In this document: positions 48,589 to 59,149 of the stretch, one piece after another
Numbering within the stretch: the stretch's first letter is position 1
Layout: each line of letters starts with the position of its first letter
Source: an uncultured Veillonellaceae bacterium
Lineage (GTDB): Bacteria; Bacillota; Negativicutes; JARBTT01
Reading direction: 5' to 3'
NCBI GenBank assembly: GCA_963805085.1
Contig: CAWDTA010000005.1
Span: 704,001 to 768,000, forward strand
DNA length: 64,000 nucleotides
The notes under the pieces: generated by a model
Seen by the model: the letters and a program-made list of their open reading frames with translations, nothing else
What the model was told of the DNA's origin: nothing
The model's database searches: none
Translations under genes and position numbers: made by a program

Positions 48589-48759
48589 ATGGCTTATACA
48601 ATTAACGATGATTGCATTTCTTGCGGTTCTTGCGCTGGAACTTGCCCAGTAGCTGCTATTTCTGAAGGAGATTCAAAATACGTAATTTCTCCAGACGAAT
48701 GTGTTGAATGCGGTGCATGTGCGGCGGTTTGTCCAGTTGGCGCTATATTAGCTCCATGA
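48589..48759 (+). CDS. fdx: 2[4Fe-4S] clostridial-type ferredoxin (56 aa), missed by the ORF track
   Basis: MAYTINDDCISCGSCAGTCPVAAI...CVECGACAAVCPVGAILAP. RBS AAGGAGG. Confidence 0.95.
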   Translation: MAYTINDDCISCGSCAGTCPVAAISEGDSKYVISPDECVECGACAAVCPVGAILAP

Positions 48760-48762
48760 TAA

Positions 48763-48795
48763 AAACCCCCTCTAGCAAGAGGGGGTTTCGTTTCT
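48763..48795 (+). terminator. Intrinsic terminator after the ferredoxin gene
   Basis: AAACCCCCTCT-agca-AGAGGGGGTTT cgtttc. Confidence 0.75.
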
Positions 48796-48819
48796 TAAGT
48801 TGATAATTGGAGGTAAATT

Positions 48820-49599
48820 ATGTGGAAAAAGTGGATTGGTAAGAAAAATACTAATTTTGCAACAATTGATGGTTGTGATGGTATAGATTTATCTAGATTA
48901 CCAAGACATATTGCCGTTATTATGGATGGCAATGGAAGATGGGCACAAAAACAAGGTTTATTACGTACCTTGGGACATCGCGCTGGTGTAGAAAGTTTGA
49001 AAGAAGTGGTAAGAGCTGCATCGGATATAGGTGTGCAGGCTTTGACTGCATATGCTTTTTCTACAGAAAATTGGAAAAGACCGGATGAAGAAGTTTCTTT
49101 TTTGATGAATTTATTCTCGGAATATATTGATCGTGAAATTGATGAATTAGATTCAGAGAATATTAAAATAAAATTTATTGGTCGGATTGGCGAGTTATCC
49201 GATGTGTTACAAACTAAATTTGAAAATGCCCAGACGCGTACTGCAAATAATACAGGGCTTATCTTAAATCTAGCTGTAAATTATGGTAGCAGAGATGAAA
49301 TTACGCGTGCTGTTAAAATAATAGCCCAAAAAGTACTGGAAAATGAAATTTCAGTTAATAACATCAATGAAACAATGATTGATCATTATTTAGATACGGC
49401 GGGAGTGCCACAACTGGATTTAATCATTCGTCCAGGTGGCGATTATAGAATTAGTAATTTTTTGCTTTGGCAAGCAGCCTATGCCGAATTTTGGTATACT
49501 GATATTAATTGGCCAGATTTTAAACCTTGTCATTTATATGCAGCAATTCTTGAGTATCAAAAAAGAGATAGAAGGTTTGGTGGGCTAAATACAAAATAG
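48820..49599 (+). CDS. uppS: Undecaprenyl diphosphate synthase
   Basis: HIAVIMDGNGRWA, YAFSTENWKRP, RISNFLLWQ, RRFGG. Confidence 0.96.
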   Translation: MWKKWIGKKNTNFATIDGCDGIDLSRLPRHIAVIMDGNGRWAQKQGLLRTLGHRAGVESLKEVVRAASDIGVQALTAYAFSTENWKRPDEEVSFLMNLFSEYIDREIDELDSENIKIKFIGRIGELSDVLQTKFENAQTRTANNTGLILNLAVNYGSRDEITRAVKIIAQKVLENEISVNNINETMIDHYLDTAGVPQLDLIIRPGGDYRISNFLLWQAAYAEFWYTDINWPDFKPCHLYAAILEYQKRDRRFGGLNTK

Positions 49600-49620
49600 C
49601 GCACTATAAAAGGGTGAATA

Positions 49621-50448
49621 ATGTTAATAAAAAGAATCATAACAGGCATTATTGGAATGGTCGCTACAGTGTATATTGTTAATTATGGCGGACCTATATT
49701 TGGTGGGGCTGTGATGCTGTGTGCAATGATTGGTTGGCATGAACTATGTAAAGCATTTAAACATATTGATATGAAATTATGGTATAGTTTTGGCATGATT
49801 ACAGTTGCTTTTGTCTTGGGTTGTGCATGGATTGGAAATACCAGAGAGACGTTAGCGGTAATAACCATTGCGATGCTGATGGTATTTGGTAAGGTGGTTT
49901 TAGACTATAAGAAATTTACGATTTATAATGCAGCGATGACGGTAAGTGGTATTTTTTATATTGGCTTGTCATTTGCACATTTGATTTTACTTAGATTTAC
50001 CGACAATATAATCATGATTGAAACGAATATTGGCACTATTTCGGCAGGGTGTGCATTGATTTGGGTTGCCTTTATTGGTACGTGGGCTAGTGATACGTTT
50101 GCTTTTTTTGTTGGTTCTAAGTTGGGAAAACATAAATTATGTCCGAACATTAGTCCTGGTAAAACAGTGGAAGGCTTTACTGGTGGCATGATTGGTACAG
50201 TACTAGCGCTTGTTGGTTTGGCCTATTTATTTCATTTTTCAATCGTACATATGGTGATTTTGGGGATATTAATTGCTGGTATCGCTACGATTGGTGATTT
50301 GGTGGAATCTTCTTTTAAACGGTTGACTGGTATCAAAGATTCAGGGCAAATTTTGCCCGGGCATGGTGGCGTCTTGGATCGGTTTGATAGTATAATGTTC
50401 ACTGTTCCATTGGTTTATTATTATATTCATATTTTTAAATTGTACTAA
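49621..50448 (+). CDS. cdsA: Phosphatidate cytidylyltransferase
   Basis: SDTFA, ISPGKTVEG, GDLVESSFKR..IKDSG..LPGHGGVLDRFDS. Confidence 0.96.
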   Translation: MLIKRIITGIIGMVATVYIVNYGGPIFGGAVMLCAMIGWHELCKAFKHIDMKLWYSFGMITVAFVLGCAWIGNTRETLAVITIAMLMVFGKVVLDYKKFTIYNAAMTVSGIFYIGLSFAHLILLRFTDNIIMIETNIGTISAGCALIWVAFIGTWASDTFAFFVGSKLGKHKLCPNISPGKTVEGFTGGMIGTVLALVGLAYLFHFSIVHMVILGILIAGIATIGDLVESSFKRLTGIKDSGQILPGHGGVLDRFDSIMFTVPLVYYYIHIFKLY

Positions 50449-50480
50449 AAAATATTGTATTTATTGTGAGGAACATATAA

Positions 50481-51635
50481 ATGAAAAATATTGTGGTTTT
50501 AGGATCTACGGGATCGATTGGCACGCAAACCTTAGATGTCGTTGAAAAAAATCCAGATAGGTTTAAAGTAATTGCGATTGTCGCCCATTCGAAGGATCAA
50601 TTAATCGAAGAACAAATTGAAAAATTTAAGCCGGAATACGCGGTTTTAATTGAGCAAACCGCAGCTGAAAAATTAAAAAGTCGTTACCTAGGAAGGACGA
50701 AAATACTTTCGGGCAAAGAAGGCATGCTACAAGTGTCAACACTTGAAAATGTTGACACTGTAGTTACTTCTATGGTAGGATTTGCAGGTCTTGAGCCAAC
50801 GATTGCTGCGATCAACGCTGGAAAAAATATAGCTCTTGCAAATAAGGAAACTTTGGTTGTTGCTGGTGAACTTATTATGAAACTGGCAAAAGAAAAAGGT
50901 GTTTCTATTTTACCAGTCGATAGCGAACATAGTGCGATTTTTCAGTGCTTACAAGGTGAAGATAAACGTAGTTTAAATAAAATTATCATCACGGCTTCTG
51001 GTGGACCGTTCAGAGGTAAAACGAGAGCAGAACTAGCGAAGGTTACTGTTGCTGAATGTTTAAAGCATCCAAACTGGGCAATGGGACAAAAAATTACGAT
51101 TGATTCGGCAACTTTAGCCAATAAAGGGTTAGAAGTGATTGAAGCAAAATGGTTATATGGCGTAGAATACAATCAAATTGAAGCCATTGTTCATCCGCAA
51201 AGTATCATTCATTCCATGGTAGAATTTGTGGATGGTGCGGTAATTGCGCAATTGGGTATGCCTGATATGCGTGTGCCCATTCAATATGCTTTGACTTATC
51301 CAGAACGTGTGGAAGCAAATTTCCCTAAAATTGACTTTACGACGCTGAAGAATTTAACTTTTGAAAAACCGGATATGGAGACCTTTGTTGCTTTAAAATT
51401 GGCTTATAAGGCTGGTGAAATAGGCGGTACAATGCCTTGTGTCTTTAATGGTGCAAATGAAATTGCCGTCAATGCGTTTTTGAAAAGTGAACTATCGTTT
51501 TTAGGCATCTATGATATTATCCAAAATTCAATGGACGCGCATAAAGTAATATTACATCCTACATTGCAAAATTTATATGATACGGATGCTTGGGTAAGAG
51601 AATATGCGATGCGTCTTTTAGAACATACTAAATAA
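50481..51635 (+). CDS. dxr: 1-deoxy-D-xylulose 5-phosphate reductoisomerase
   Basis: LGSTGSIG, LANKE, PVDSEH, HPNWAMG, NKGLE. Confidence 0.97.
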   Translation: MKNIVVLGSTGSIGTQTLDVVEKNPDRFKVIAIVAHSKDQLIEEQIEKFKPEYAVLIEQTAAEKLKSRYLGRTKILSGKEGMLQVSTLENVDTVVTSMVGFAGLEPTIAAINAGKNIALANKETLVVAGELIMKLAKEKGVSILPVDSEHSAIFQCLQGEDKRSLNKIIITASGGPFRGKTRAELAKVTVAECLKHPNWAMGQKITIDSATLANKGLEVIEAKWLYGVEYNQIEAIVHPQSIIHSMVEFVDGAVIAQLGMPDMRVPIQYALTYPERVEANFPKIDFTTLKNLTFEKPDMETFVALKLAYKAGEIGGTMPCVFNGANEIAVNAFLKSELSFLGIYDIIQNSMDAHKVILHPTLQNLYDTDAWVREYAMRLLEHTK

Positions 51636-51658
51636 TAAAAAGATCGACAGGAGGCGGA

Positions 51659-52696
51659 GTGTTGTCTACTACACTAATAGCAACTATTTTTGTATTTGGA
51701 TTACTGGTTTTATTTCATGAATTTGGACACTTTATTACGGCCAAGATGGTTGGCATGCGAGTTGATGAGTTCGCCATTGGCTTCGGGCCAAAACTCATAA
51801 GTTTTAAACGTGGTGAAACTATATATTCGCTTCGAGTTATTCCGCTTGGTGGTTTTAATAAAATTGCCGGAATGGATCCTGACGAAGAACAAGATGAACG
51901 TTCTTATAATGCAAAACCGATCTTAGCAAGAATGCTTGTGATTCTTGCAGGTTCTTTTATGAATTTTGTTTTGCCTGTGTTAATTTTTAGTATTATTTTT
52001 ATTAGTTCTGGAATAACGAATCCGTCAAATGAACCAGTGCTGGGAGAAGTTATTGCCCATAAATCAGCAGCCCAAGCGGGGCTTGCGGCTGGAGATAGAA
52101 TTATCGGAATCGATGATAAAAGTATCGGTTCATGGCGTGAATTTGTTGAAGTGGTTCAAGTAAGTGGGGGCAAGGTGTTAAAAGTTCATTTTGAACGTGC
52201 TGGACAAGCGCATGATACTAGTATGATTCCTGAATATGATGAAGCTTCAAAGCGTGCTTTAATTGGGGTCGTATCTTCGGTAGATACGTATCGACCAGGG
52301 GTATTGGAATCAGTGGGTTTAGCATTTAAAAATACTGGAGTAATCCTAGTGAAAATGGTGGAAGGTTTAACGCAGATGTTTACGGGAAAAGCTTCCGCTG
52401 ATGTGGCAGGTCCTATCGGTGTTGCACAAATGGCAGGAGAAGTTGCGCAAATGGGGTTTTTACCATTATTACAATTTGCCGCTTTTTTAAGCATCAATTT
52501 AGGGATTATCAATTTATTACCAGTGCCAGCATTAGATGGTGGACATTTCGTCACTTTAATTTTGGAAGCATTTCGTGGTAAACCACTTGGTCCTAAGAGT
52601 GTACAATATGCACAAGTGGTAGGCTTTGTCCTGCTTATGGGATTAATGTTATTTGCTACATTTAAAGATATTATCAGACTAAATTTATTTGGTTAA
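51659..52696 (+). CDS. rseP: RIP metalloprotease RseP/RasP
   Basis: HEFGH, PDZ domain, NLLPVPALDGG. Confidence 0.95.
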   Translation: MLSTTLIATIFVFGLLVLFHEFGHFITAKMVGMRVDEFAIGFGPKLISFKRGETIYSLRVIPLGGFNKIAGMDPDEEQDERSYNAKPILARMLVILAGSFMNFVLPVLIFSIIFISSGITNPSNEPVLGEVIAHKSAAQAGLAAGDRIIGIDDKSIGSWREFVEVVQVSGGKVLKVHFERAGQAHDTSMIPEYDEASKRALIGVVSSVDTYRPGVLESVGLAFKNTGVILVKMVEGLTQMFTGKASADVAGPIGVAQMAGEVAQMGFLPLLQFAAFLSINLGIINLLPVPALDGGHFVTLILEAFRGKPLGPKSVQYAQVVGFVLLMGLMLFATFKDIIRLNLFG

Positions 52697-52739
52697 CTAG
52701 TAGAAATGCTACTCTTTTTTGATTGTGAGGAAGTTTATA

Positions 52740-53801
52740 ATGATGCGAAAGAATACACGAGCAATAAAAATAGGTGATATTCAAATTGGTGGTGGGGCAC
52801 CAATTGCAGTGCAATCGATGATAAATACCAAAACAGATGACGTGGTAGCGTCAGTTGCACAAATAAATACATTAGCAGCCGCTGGTTGTGATATCGTTCG
52901 TTTGGCAGTTCCTGATATGGAAGCTGCCCAGGCACTCAAACAAATTAAAAATAAAGTAAATGTGCCGCTGATTGCTGATATTCATTTTGATTATCGGTTA
53001 GCATTAGCGGCAATGGAAAGTGGGATTGATGCACTTCGCTTGAATCCCGGCAATATTGGCGATGAAGATCGTGTGAAGACTGTGGTAAAGGAAGCAAAAA
53101 GACGTCACATTCCCATTCGTATTGGTGTGAATGCAGGTTCGTTAGATAAAGTACTACTAGAAAAATATGGCCGACCAACACCAGAAGCAATGGTTGAAAG
53201 TGCGATGCAACATATCGCAATATTAGAAAAACTTGATTTTTATGATACGAAAATATCCTTGAAGGCCCATGATGTACCACTTACCATTGCGGCGTATCAG
53301 TTAATGTCAGAAACGGTTGACTATCCACTGCACCTTGGAATTACAGAAGCAGGTACAGTCAATTCTGGTATTGTCAAATCAGCGGTAGGAATTGGTGCTT
53401 TACTTACCCAGGGGATTGGCGATACGTTTCGTATTTCATTGACAGGTGATCCTGTAGTTGAAGTAAAAGTTGCAAACCAGATTTTAAAATCATTGGGATT
53501 AAAAGAATATGGGCCAACGATTATTTCTTGTCCAACCTGTGGACGGTGTAATATTAACTTAGCGGAGATTGCGCTGCAAGTTGAACATAAACTTAGCACG
53601 ATCCAAAGGCCAATTAGTGTAGCGGTTATGGGGTGCGTAGTGAACGGCCCTGGTGAAGCAAGAGAAGCCGATGTGGGAATCGCCGGCGGAAAAGGCGAGG
53701 GTCTGATTTTTAGAAAAGGTCAGATCATTCGTAAAGTACCAGAAAATAGTTTGGTAGATGAATTATTTTTAGAAATTGATAACATTTTAGAGGAGGACTA
53801 G
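52740..53801 (+). CDS. ispG: HMBPP synthase IspG
   Basis: ADIHF, RLNPGNIG, RIGVNAGSL, CPTCGR, GCVVNGPGE. Confidence 0.97.
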   Translation: MMRKNTRAIKIGDIQIGGGAPIAVQSMINTKTDDVVASVAQINTLAAAGCDIVRLAVPDMEAAQALKQIKNKVNVPLIADIHFDYRLALAAMESGIDALRLNPGNIGDEDRVKTVVKEAKRRHIPIRIGVNAGSLDKVLLEKYGRPTPEAMVESAMQHIAILEKLDFYDTKISLKAHDVPLTIAAYQLMSETVDYPLHLGITEAGTVNSGIVKSAVGIGALLTQGIGDTFRISLTGDPVVEVKVANQILKSLGLKEYGPTIISCPTCGRCNINLAEIALQVEHKLSTIQRPISVAVMGCVVNGPGEAREADVGIAGGKGEGLIFRKGQIIRKVPENSLVDELFLEIDNILEED

Positions 53802-53807
53802 TTTTAT

Positions 53808-55511
53808 ATGCGTACAACACAGTTATATGCACCAACCTTACGTGAAACACCGGCTGATGCAGAAGTAGTAAGTCATCAATTAATGCTAAGAGCGGGTTTA
53901 ATCAGAAAGGCTGCTGGTGGCGTTTATACATATCTACCGCTTGCTTGGCGTGTTCTTAAAAAAATTGAAGCCATTGTTCGTGATGAAATGGATGCCGCCG
54001 GTGGTCAAGAACTGGCAATGCCAATCATACAACCTGCCGAATTATGGCATGAGACTGGGCGTTGGGATGTTTATGGCGATGAAATGTTTCGTCTAAAAGA
54101 TCGTCATGATCGCAGTTTTTGTCTTGGACCAACGCATGAAGAGATGATTACTAGTTTAGTTCGTAGTGACGTTCGTTCGTATCGTCAATTGCCGATTATG
54201 TTATACCAAATCCAAAATAAATATCGTGATGAAATCCGTCCTCGTTTTGGTTTGATGCGCGGTCGGGAATTTATTATGAAGGATTTATATTCTTTTGATA
54301 AGGATGAAGCTGGACTCGATGTAAGTTATCAAAAGATGTACGATGCTTATACGAATATTTTTTCGAGATGCGGTCTTAAGTTCCGTGCTGTAGAAGCGGA
54401 TGGCGGTGCAATCGGTGGCAGCAATACCCATGAATTTATGGTAATTGCTGAATCTGGTGAAGCGGCCATCGTATATTGTGAGGCTTGCGAATATGCAGCA
54501 AATGTTGAAAAAGCTGAATTAAAACCAATTGTAGCAGACCCAGAGACTGAATTGGCATTAGAAATGGTAGAAACACCAGGAACAAAAACAATTGAAGCAG
54601 TTGCTGCGTTTTTAGGTGTAGATATTAAGAAAACGATCAAAGCAGTTGCTTTCCAAACGGAAAAAGAAGAAGTAGTTCTAGCCTTTGTTCGTGGTGATCA
54701 TGAAGTGAATGATATAAAATTACAAAATGCAGTTGGAGCAATTACGCTTACTATGGCCAGTGAAGAATCCATCCGCGCTGTTGGCGGGGTGGCAGGATTT
54801 ATGAGTCCAATTGGTATCAAAGGTGCAAAGATTGTTGTAGATAGTACTGTAATGGAAATGCACAATGCAATTGCTGGTGCGAACCAAGCAGGTAAACATT
54901 ATAAAAATGTAAATCCTAAACGTGATTTTAAAGATGTCATTGTAACAGACATTCGTTTAATCGCAGAAGGTGATCCTTGTCCGCATTGCGGCGCAGCACT
55001 AAAAACAGCGCGTGGTATCGAAGCTGGTCAAGTATTTAAATTGGGAACAAAGTATAGTGAAGCTTTAAAGGCTACGTTCCTTGATGAAAATGGTCGGGAT
55101 AAACCAATGGTAATGGGATGTTATGGTGTTGGTGTCAGTCGTACTATGGCAGCGGCAATTGAACAAAACTTCGACGAACATGGAATCATTTGGCCGGTGG
55201 CACTTGCACCGTACACTGTGGCAATTGTGCCAGTGAATGCAAAAGATGAAGCACAAATGGAAATTGCGGAAAGAATTTATGCAGAGCTTCGTGCTGTTGG
55301 TGTAGAAGCGCTTCTTGATGATCGAAAAGAGCGTGCCGGCGTTAAATTTAAAGACGCTGATTTAATTGGATATCCACTTCGTATTACTGTTGGACCAAAA
55401 ACAGTAAATGAAGATGCAATTGAAGTGAAAGTTAGACGCTCTGGGGAAGCTTTTGTTTATACTCAAGCAGAATATTTAGAAGGTGTAAAACAACTTCTAG
55501 TAAATTTATAA
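53808..55511 (+). CDS. proS: Proline--tRNA ligase (with editing insertion)
   Basis: [28 protein letters not shown]. Confidence 0.97.
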   Translation: MRTTQLYAPTLRETPADAEVVSHQLMLRAGLIRKAAGGVYTYLPLAWRVLKKIEAIVRDEMDAAGGQELAMPIIQPAELWHETGRWDVYGDEMFRLKDRHDRSFCLGPTHEEMITSLVRSDVRSYRQLPIMLYQIQNKYRDEIRPRFGLMRGREFIMKDLYSFDKDEAGLDVSYQKMYDAYTNIFSRCGLKFRAVEADGGAIGGSNTHEFMVIAESGEAAIVYCEACEYAANVEKAELKPIVADPETELALEMVETPGTKTIEAVAAFLGVDIKKTIKAVAFQTEKEEVVLAFVRGDHEVNDIKLQNAVGAITLTMASEESIRAVGGVAGFMSPIGIKGAKIVVDSTVMEMHNAIAGANQAGKHYKNVNPKRDFKDVIVTDIRLIAEGDPCPHCGAALKTARGIEAGQVFKLGTKYSEALKATFLDENGRDKPMVMGCYGVGVSRTMAAAIEQNFDEHGIIWPVALAPYTVAIVPVNAKDEAQMEIAERIYAELRAVGVEALLDDRKERAGVKFKDADLIGYPLRITVGPKTVNEDAIEVKVRRSGEAFVYTQAEYLEGVKQLLVNL

Positions 55512-55569
55512 AGTATCAATGTTAGCTTTTTTTAATTAGAAGCTATTCAAATTAGAAGTAAGTAGGTAA

Positions 55570-55611
55570 AAAATAAAGAAGCATACCAATTCTGGTATGC
55601 TTCTTTATTTT
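55570..55611. terminator. Bidirectional terminator between proS and the DUF1858-like gene
   Basis: 19-bp perfect inverted repeat AAAATAAAGAAGCATACCA-attc-TGGTATGCTTCTTTATTTT. Confidence 0.9.
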
Positions 55612-55617
55612 AAAAAG

Positions 55618-55812
55618 TTATTTTGCAGCTTTATTTAGATCTTCAATTAATTTATCAATGTCAATACCATGAGCACCAGCGCCTTGTTCAATGTTTTCAA
55701 AACGAGCGGCAGAGCAACCAAGGCAACCCATACCTGCATTTTGAAATACTTCAACTGTCTGAGGATATTTTTGAACTACTTCAAGAATACCCATTTCTTT
55801 TGTTATATTCAT
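55618..55812 (-). CDS. DUF1858-like small Cys protein (hybrid-cluster-associated type)
   Basis: ITKEM.I.EVV..YP...VF...GMGCLGC....E.IEQGA..HGID. RBS GGGGGA. Confidence 0.85.
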   Translation of the reverse strand: MNITKEMGILEVVQKYPQTVEVFQNAGMGCLGCSAARFENIEQGAGAHGIDIDKLIEDLNKAAK

Positions 55813-55973
55813 AAGAAAATCCCCCCTGTGATAGTTTGTTTTTTATCAAAAGTCATTATAACATATTTTCTACAGATATATAATAGTTATTCTAAAATAT
55901 GCTGGTATTTTTATACGTATAGAGGTAAAATAATAGGCGTGTATTATTTTATTATAGGAGAGTTTGTCGTATC

Positions 55974-56777
55974 ATGGATATTATTGCGTTTTCAATAGGG
56001 AGCTTAAACTTTTATTGGTATGGTATTATAACGAGTATTGCAATTTTAGTGGGGATGTTAGTTACTCGTGTAGGATTGCATTTCCGTCATGAAAATTTTG
56101 GCGTTATGATTGATCTGTTGTTATTGGGTATACCAGTAGCGATTATTGCTTCTCGGCTTTTTTACGTTTGTTTACATTGGCAGCTTTATAGTGGGAAAGT
56201 CAATGAAATAATAGCTTTAAACCGTGGGGGATTTTCGATTTATGGCGCTTTTGTCGGTGTTCTTTTTTTGCTATATTGCTATACAAAGTTTAAGGGGATT
56301 TCTTTTTGGTATTGGCTTGATATTTTAGTTCCAGCTATTATATTAGGGATTGCCATTGATCAGCTAGGACATTTTAGTTTTCAAACCATTATAGGGATGC
56401 CGGATAATGGAAAAACAGTAGAGTATATTGAGTATGCATTTAGACCAGCTGGGTTTGAACAGTATGAATATTTTAAGCCAGTTGCCTTGTATCAGGCAAT
56501 ATGGCAATTTGTTGTCTTTATCTTAGTGACTGTACTTAGCTTTCTTCAAATAAAACATCGAAATATCTTATTTGGAAATATATTTTTAATTGGGATGAGT
56601 ATGAGCTGTTTGGGAAGATTTCTCTTTGGCTTTTTTTATTTAACGACACAACGAGGAATGCAGCTACATGCAGGTCAATTCATTAGCTTAATGGGATTGA
56701 TTCTTTGTTTGGGTTTATGGAGTAGCAGAAAGTATCTACATAATAAGTCGATGATAAAAAGCATATTTAGGGTATAG
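55974..56777 (+). CDS. Prolipoprotein diacylglyceryl transferase-like protein (degenerate motifs)
   Basis: IAFSIG...WYG, SRLFYV, GGFSIYGA, LDILVP, P..LYQ; motifs diverge from canonical Lgt. Confidence 0.75.
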   Translation: MDIIAFSIGSLNFYWYGIITSIAILVGMLVTRVGLHFRHENFGVMIDLLLLGIPVAIIASRLFYVCLHWQLYSGKVNEIIALNRGGFSIYGAFVGVLFLLYCYTKFKGISFWYWLDILVPAIILGIAIDQLGHFSFQTIIGMPDNGKTVEYIEYAFRPAGFEQYEYFKPVALYQAIWQFVVFILVTVLSFLQIKHRNILFGNIFLIGMSMSCLGRFLFGFFYLTTQRGMQLHAGQFISLMGLILCLGLWSSRKYLHNKSMIKSIFRV

Positions 56778-56801
56778 GTCAGATAAAAGGAGCAATTTAA
56801 T

Positions 56802-57614
56802 ATGAAATCGAATCATGCATATAAATATATCTTAATAGCAATCCTAATAGTTATGTTACCAATGGTACTGTCGGCCCCAAAAGCAATGGATGCGAAACAC
56901 ATGCAGCGACATGAAAATGATACGAAAATCGTTGTTTTGAACTATCATAAAATTGATGAGATGAATATAGCACTTTCTGTTTATCCCAAAGATTTTGATG
57001 AACAAATGGCATATTTAAAAGAAGAAGGATACTCTACCATTAGTCCGAAAGAAATGATTGATAACTTGGAAAATGGCGTACCTTTGCCAGAAAAACCTGT
57101 GATTATTACATTTGATGATGGCTACTTAGACAATTATACGAATGCGTACCCAATTTTAAAAAAATATGGCTTTACAGCTACAATTTTTGTTATAACTGAC
57201 TTCATTGGTACAGATCCAAGGTTTATGAATTGGGATCAGGTACGAGAATTGTCAAAAGAAGGCTTTACCATTGGTTCACATACGATGCAACATAAATCTT
57301 TAATAGATTTAAAGGAAAAAGATATAAGAGCAGAGTTGATTGGATCTAATAAAGCGTTAGAATACCAACTAGGTAAAAAAGCAGAATTTTTTGCCTACCC
57401 GACGGGTACTTATAATTTGCGTATTGCACAAATCGTTAAAGAGTGTGGATATAAGGCAGCATTTACGATAAAATATGGCAATGTTGATCAGGCAAGTAAT
57501 ATATATGCTCTAGAACGAGTGCCAATTTTTCACACGGAGCAAACTTTTAAGAACTTTTGCCAAAGGTTGCAATATACTCCATTACTAGAGCGTTTAGGCT
57601 GGATTAAAATTTAA
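56802..57614 (+). CDS. Secreted/anchored polysaccharide deacetylase (NodB, IcaB/PgaB-like)
   Basis: LNYH, ITFDDGY, GSHT..H, FAYPTG, N-terminal hydrophobic helix. Confidence 0.9.
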   Translation: MKSNHAYKYILIAILIVMLPMVLSAPKAMDAKHMQRHENDTKIVVLNYHKIDEMNIALSVYPKDFDEQMAYLKEEGYSTISPKEMIDNLENGVPLPEKPVIITFDDGYLDNYTNAYPILKKYGFTATIFVITDFIGTDPRFMNWDQVRELSKEGFTIGSHTMQHKSLIDLKEKDIRAELIGSNKALEYQLGKKAEFFAYPTGTYNLRIAQIVKECGYKAAFTIKYGNVDQASNIYALERVPIFHTEQTFKNFCQRLQYTPLLERLGWIKI

Positions 57615-57784
57615 TTTTTAAAAAAAAGTAGGGCTAATGGCTCAATTTATAAAAAAATAAAAAAAACTTCCTAAAAAAAGAGGATTTTGTGAAATAGTAT
57701 AAAATAATAAAAGTATATTTATTTATGTAAATTTCGATAGATATACTTCTATTATAAATGTAGTAATTGGTTGAATTGAGAGGA

Positions 57785-58726
57785 ATGTTATTTTTGAAAT
57801 TTCATCATATAAGTGTTTTAATGGAAGAAACCATCAATGCATTGGTGAGGAATATAGATGGTATCTATGTGGATTGTACTTTAGGCGGGAGTGGACATGC
57901 TAGGCGTGTGATTGATCGCTTAAGTACGAATGGTCGATTTATTGGAATTGATCAAGATCCTACGGCGATTGCTGTGGGGAAAGAAAGACTTGCCGGTGCA
58001 AAGTGCAAGGTAGACATTATAAATAGTAATTTTAAAGAAATAGAAACTGTGTTAGCGGATTTAGGAGTCGAAAAGGTTGATGGGATATTATTTGATTTAG
58101 GGGTTTCTTCACATCAGCTTGATGTAGCTGAGCGAGGCTTTTCCTACATGCAAGATGCTCCGCTAGATATGAGAATGAATACAGAAGCTCATTTATCAGC
58201 TTTTGAAGTCGTAAATACGTATGATGAAGAAGAACTAACAAATCTTATCTATACTTATGGTGAAGAACGTTGGGCGAAGCGGATCGTTAAGTTTATTATT
58301 GAAGCTAGGGAAAATGCCCCAATCAATACTACCGGTGATTTGGTAGACATCATTAAGAAGGCAATACCGGTAGCAGCACGAAAAGAAGGCGGTCATCCTG
58401 CGAAAAGAACTTTTCAAGCGATTCGAATAGAAGTAAACAATGAATTGGGCATATTAAAAGATACCTTTGAGTGTGCAATTAAGCACCTAAATATAGGTGG
58501 GCGACTCTGTATTATTACCTTTCATTCATTAGAGGATCGAATTGCGAAACAAACCTTGCAAGCGATGGCGAAACATTGTATTTGTCCACCGAGATTGCCA
58601 GTTTGTGTATGTAATCATAAAGCGGAAATTAAAGTAATAGGGAAACCAATGGTTGCAACAGTTGATGAATTAGATGAAAATCCACGGGCTCGTAGTGCAA
58701 AGCTAAGAGTGGCAGAAAAGCTATAA
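57785..58726 (+). CDS. rsmH: 16S rRNA m4C1402 methyltransferase RsmH
   Basis: HISVL, DCTLGGSGH, DLGVSS, PLDMRM, FQAIRIEVN, FHSLEDR, NPRARSAKLR. Start ATG 57785 or TTG 57794. Confidence 0.96.
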   Translation: MLFLKFHHISVLMEETINALVRNIDGIYVDCTLGGSGHARRVIDRLSTNGRFIGIDQDPTAIAVGKERLAGAKCKVDIINSNFKEIETVLADLGVEKVDGILFDLGVSSHQLDVAERGFSYMQDAPLDMRMNTEAHLSAFEVVNTYDEEELTNLIYTYGEERWAKRIVKFIIEARENAPINTTGDLVDIIKKAIPVAARKEGGHPAKRTFQAIRIEVNNELGILKDTFECAIKHLNIGGRLCIITFHSLEDRIAKQTLQAMAKHCICPPRLPVCVCNHKAEIKVIGKPMVATVDELDENPRARSAKLRVAEKL

Positions 58727-58768
58727 AAGGTTGGAATTTGTTCTAAATTTGTATGGGAGGAAATATAT

Positions 58769-59125
58769 ATGTTAGCGAAAAGAAAACTTGAGTTTGAATT
58801 ATATGAGGAACAACCAACGCAAGAGCCAGTCGTCGTAAGCCTACCAAAAGTTGATAGAAATTTACGTAAGAAATGTTTTATCTTAATCGCTGTATTTGCT
58901 GCGCTGGCTATGTTTACCACAATTAGAAGCGAAGCAATTGTAAGTAGGGGGTATGCTTTGGTTCAAGTAAAAGCACAGTCGGCTAATTTAGAAAGTGAAA
59001 ATGAACGTTTAAAGCTGGAAATTGCAAAATTAAAATCGCCACAACGTATTAAAAATATGGCGATGTCAAACTTAGGTATGATTGTTCCAGAAGAGGTATA
59101 TTTTGCCTCGCAAAGTGGTAATTAA
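58769..59125 (+). CDS. ftsL: Cell division protein FtsL
   Basis: TM plus leucine coiled coil, LKSPQRI...A...LGM; after rsmH. Confidence 0.85.
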   Translation: MLAKRKLEFELYEEQPTQEPVVVSLPKVDRNLRKKCFILIAVFAALAMFTTIRSEAIVSRGYALVQVKAQSANLESENERLKLEIAKLKSPQRIKNMAMSNLGMIVPEEVYFASQSGN

Positions 59126-59149
59126 CAATTATAATTGGGGGAGATATGA

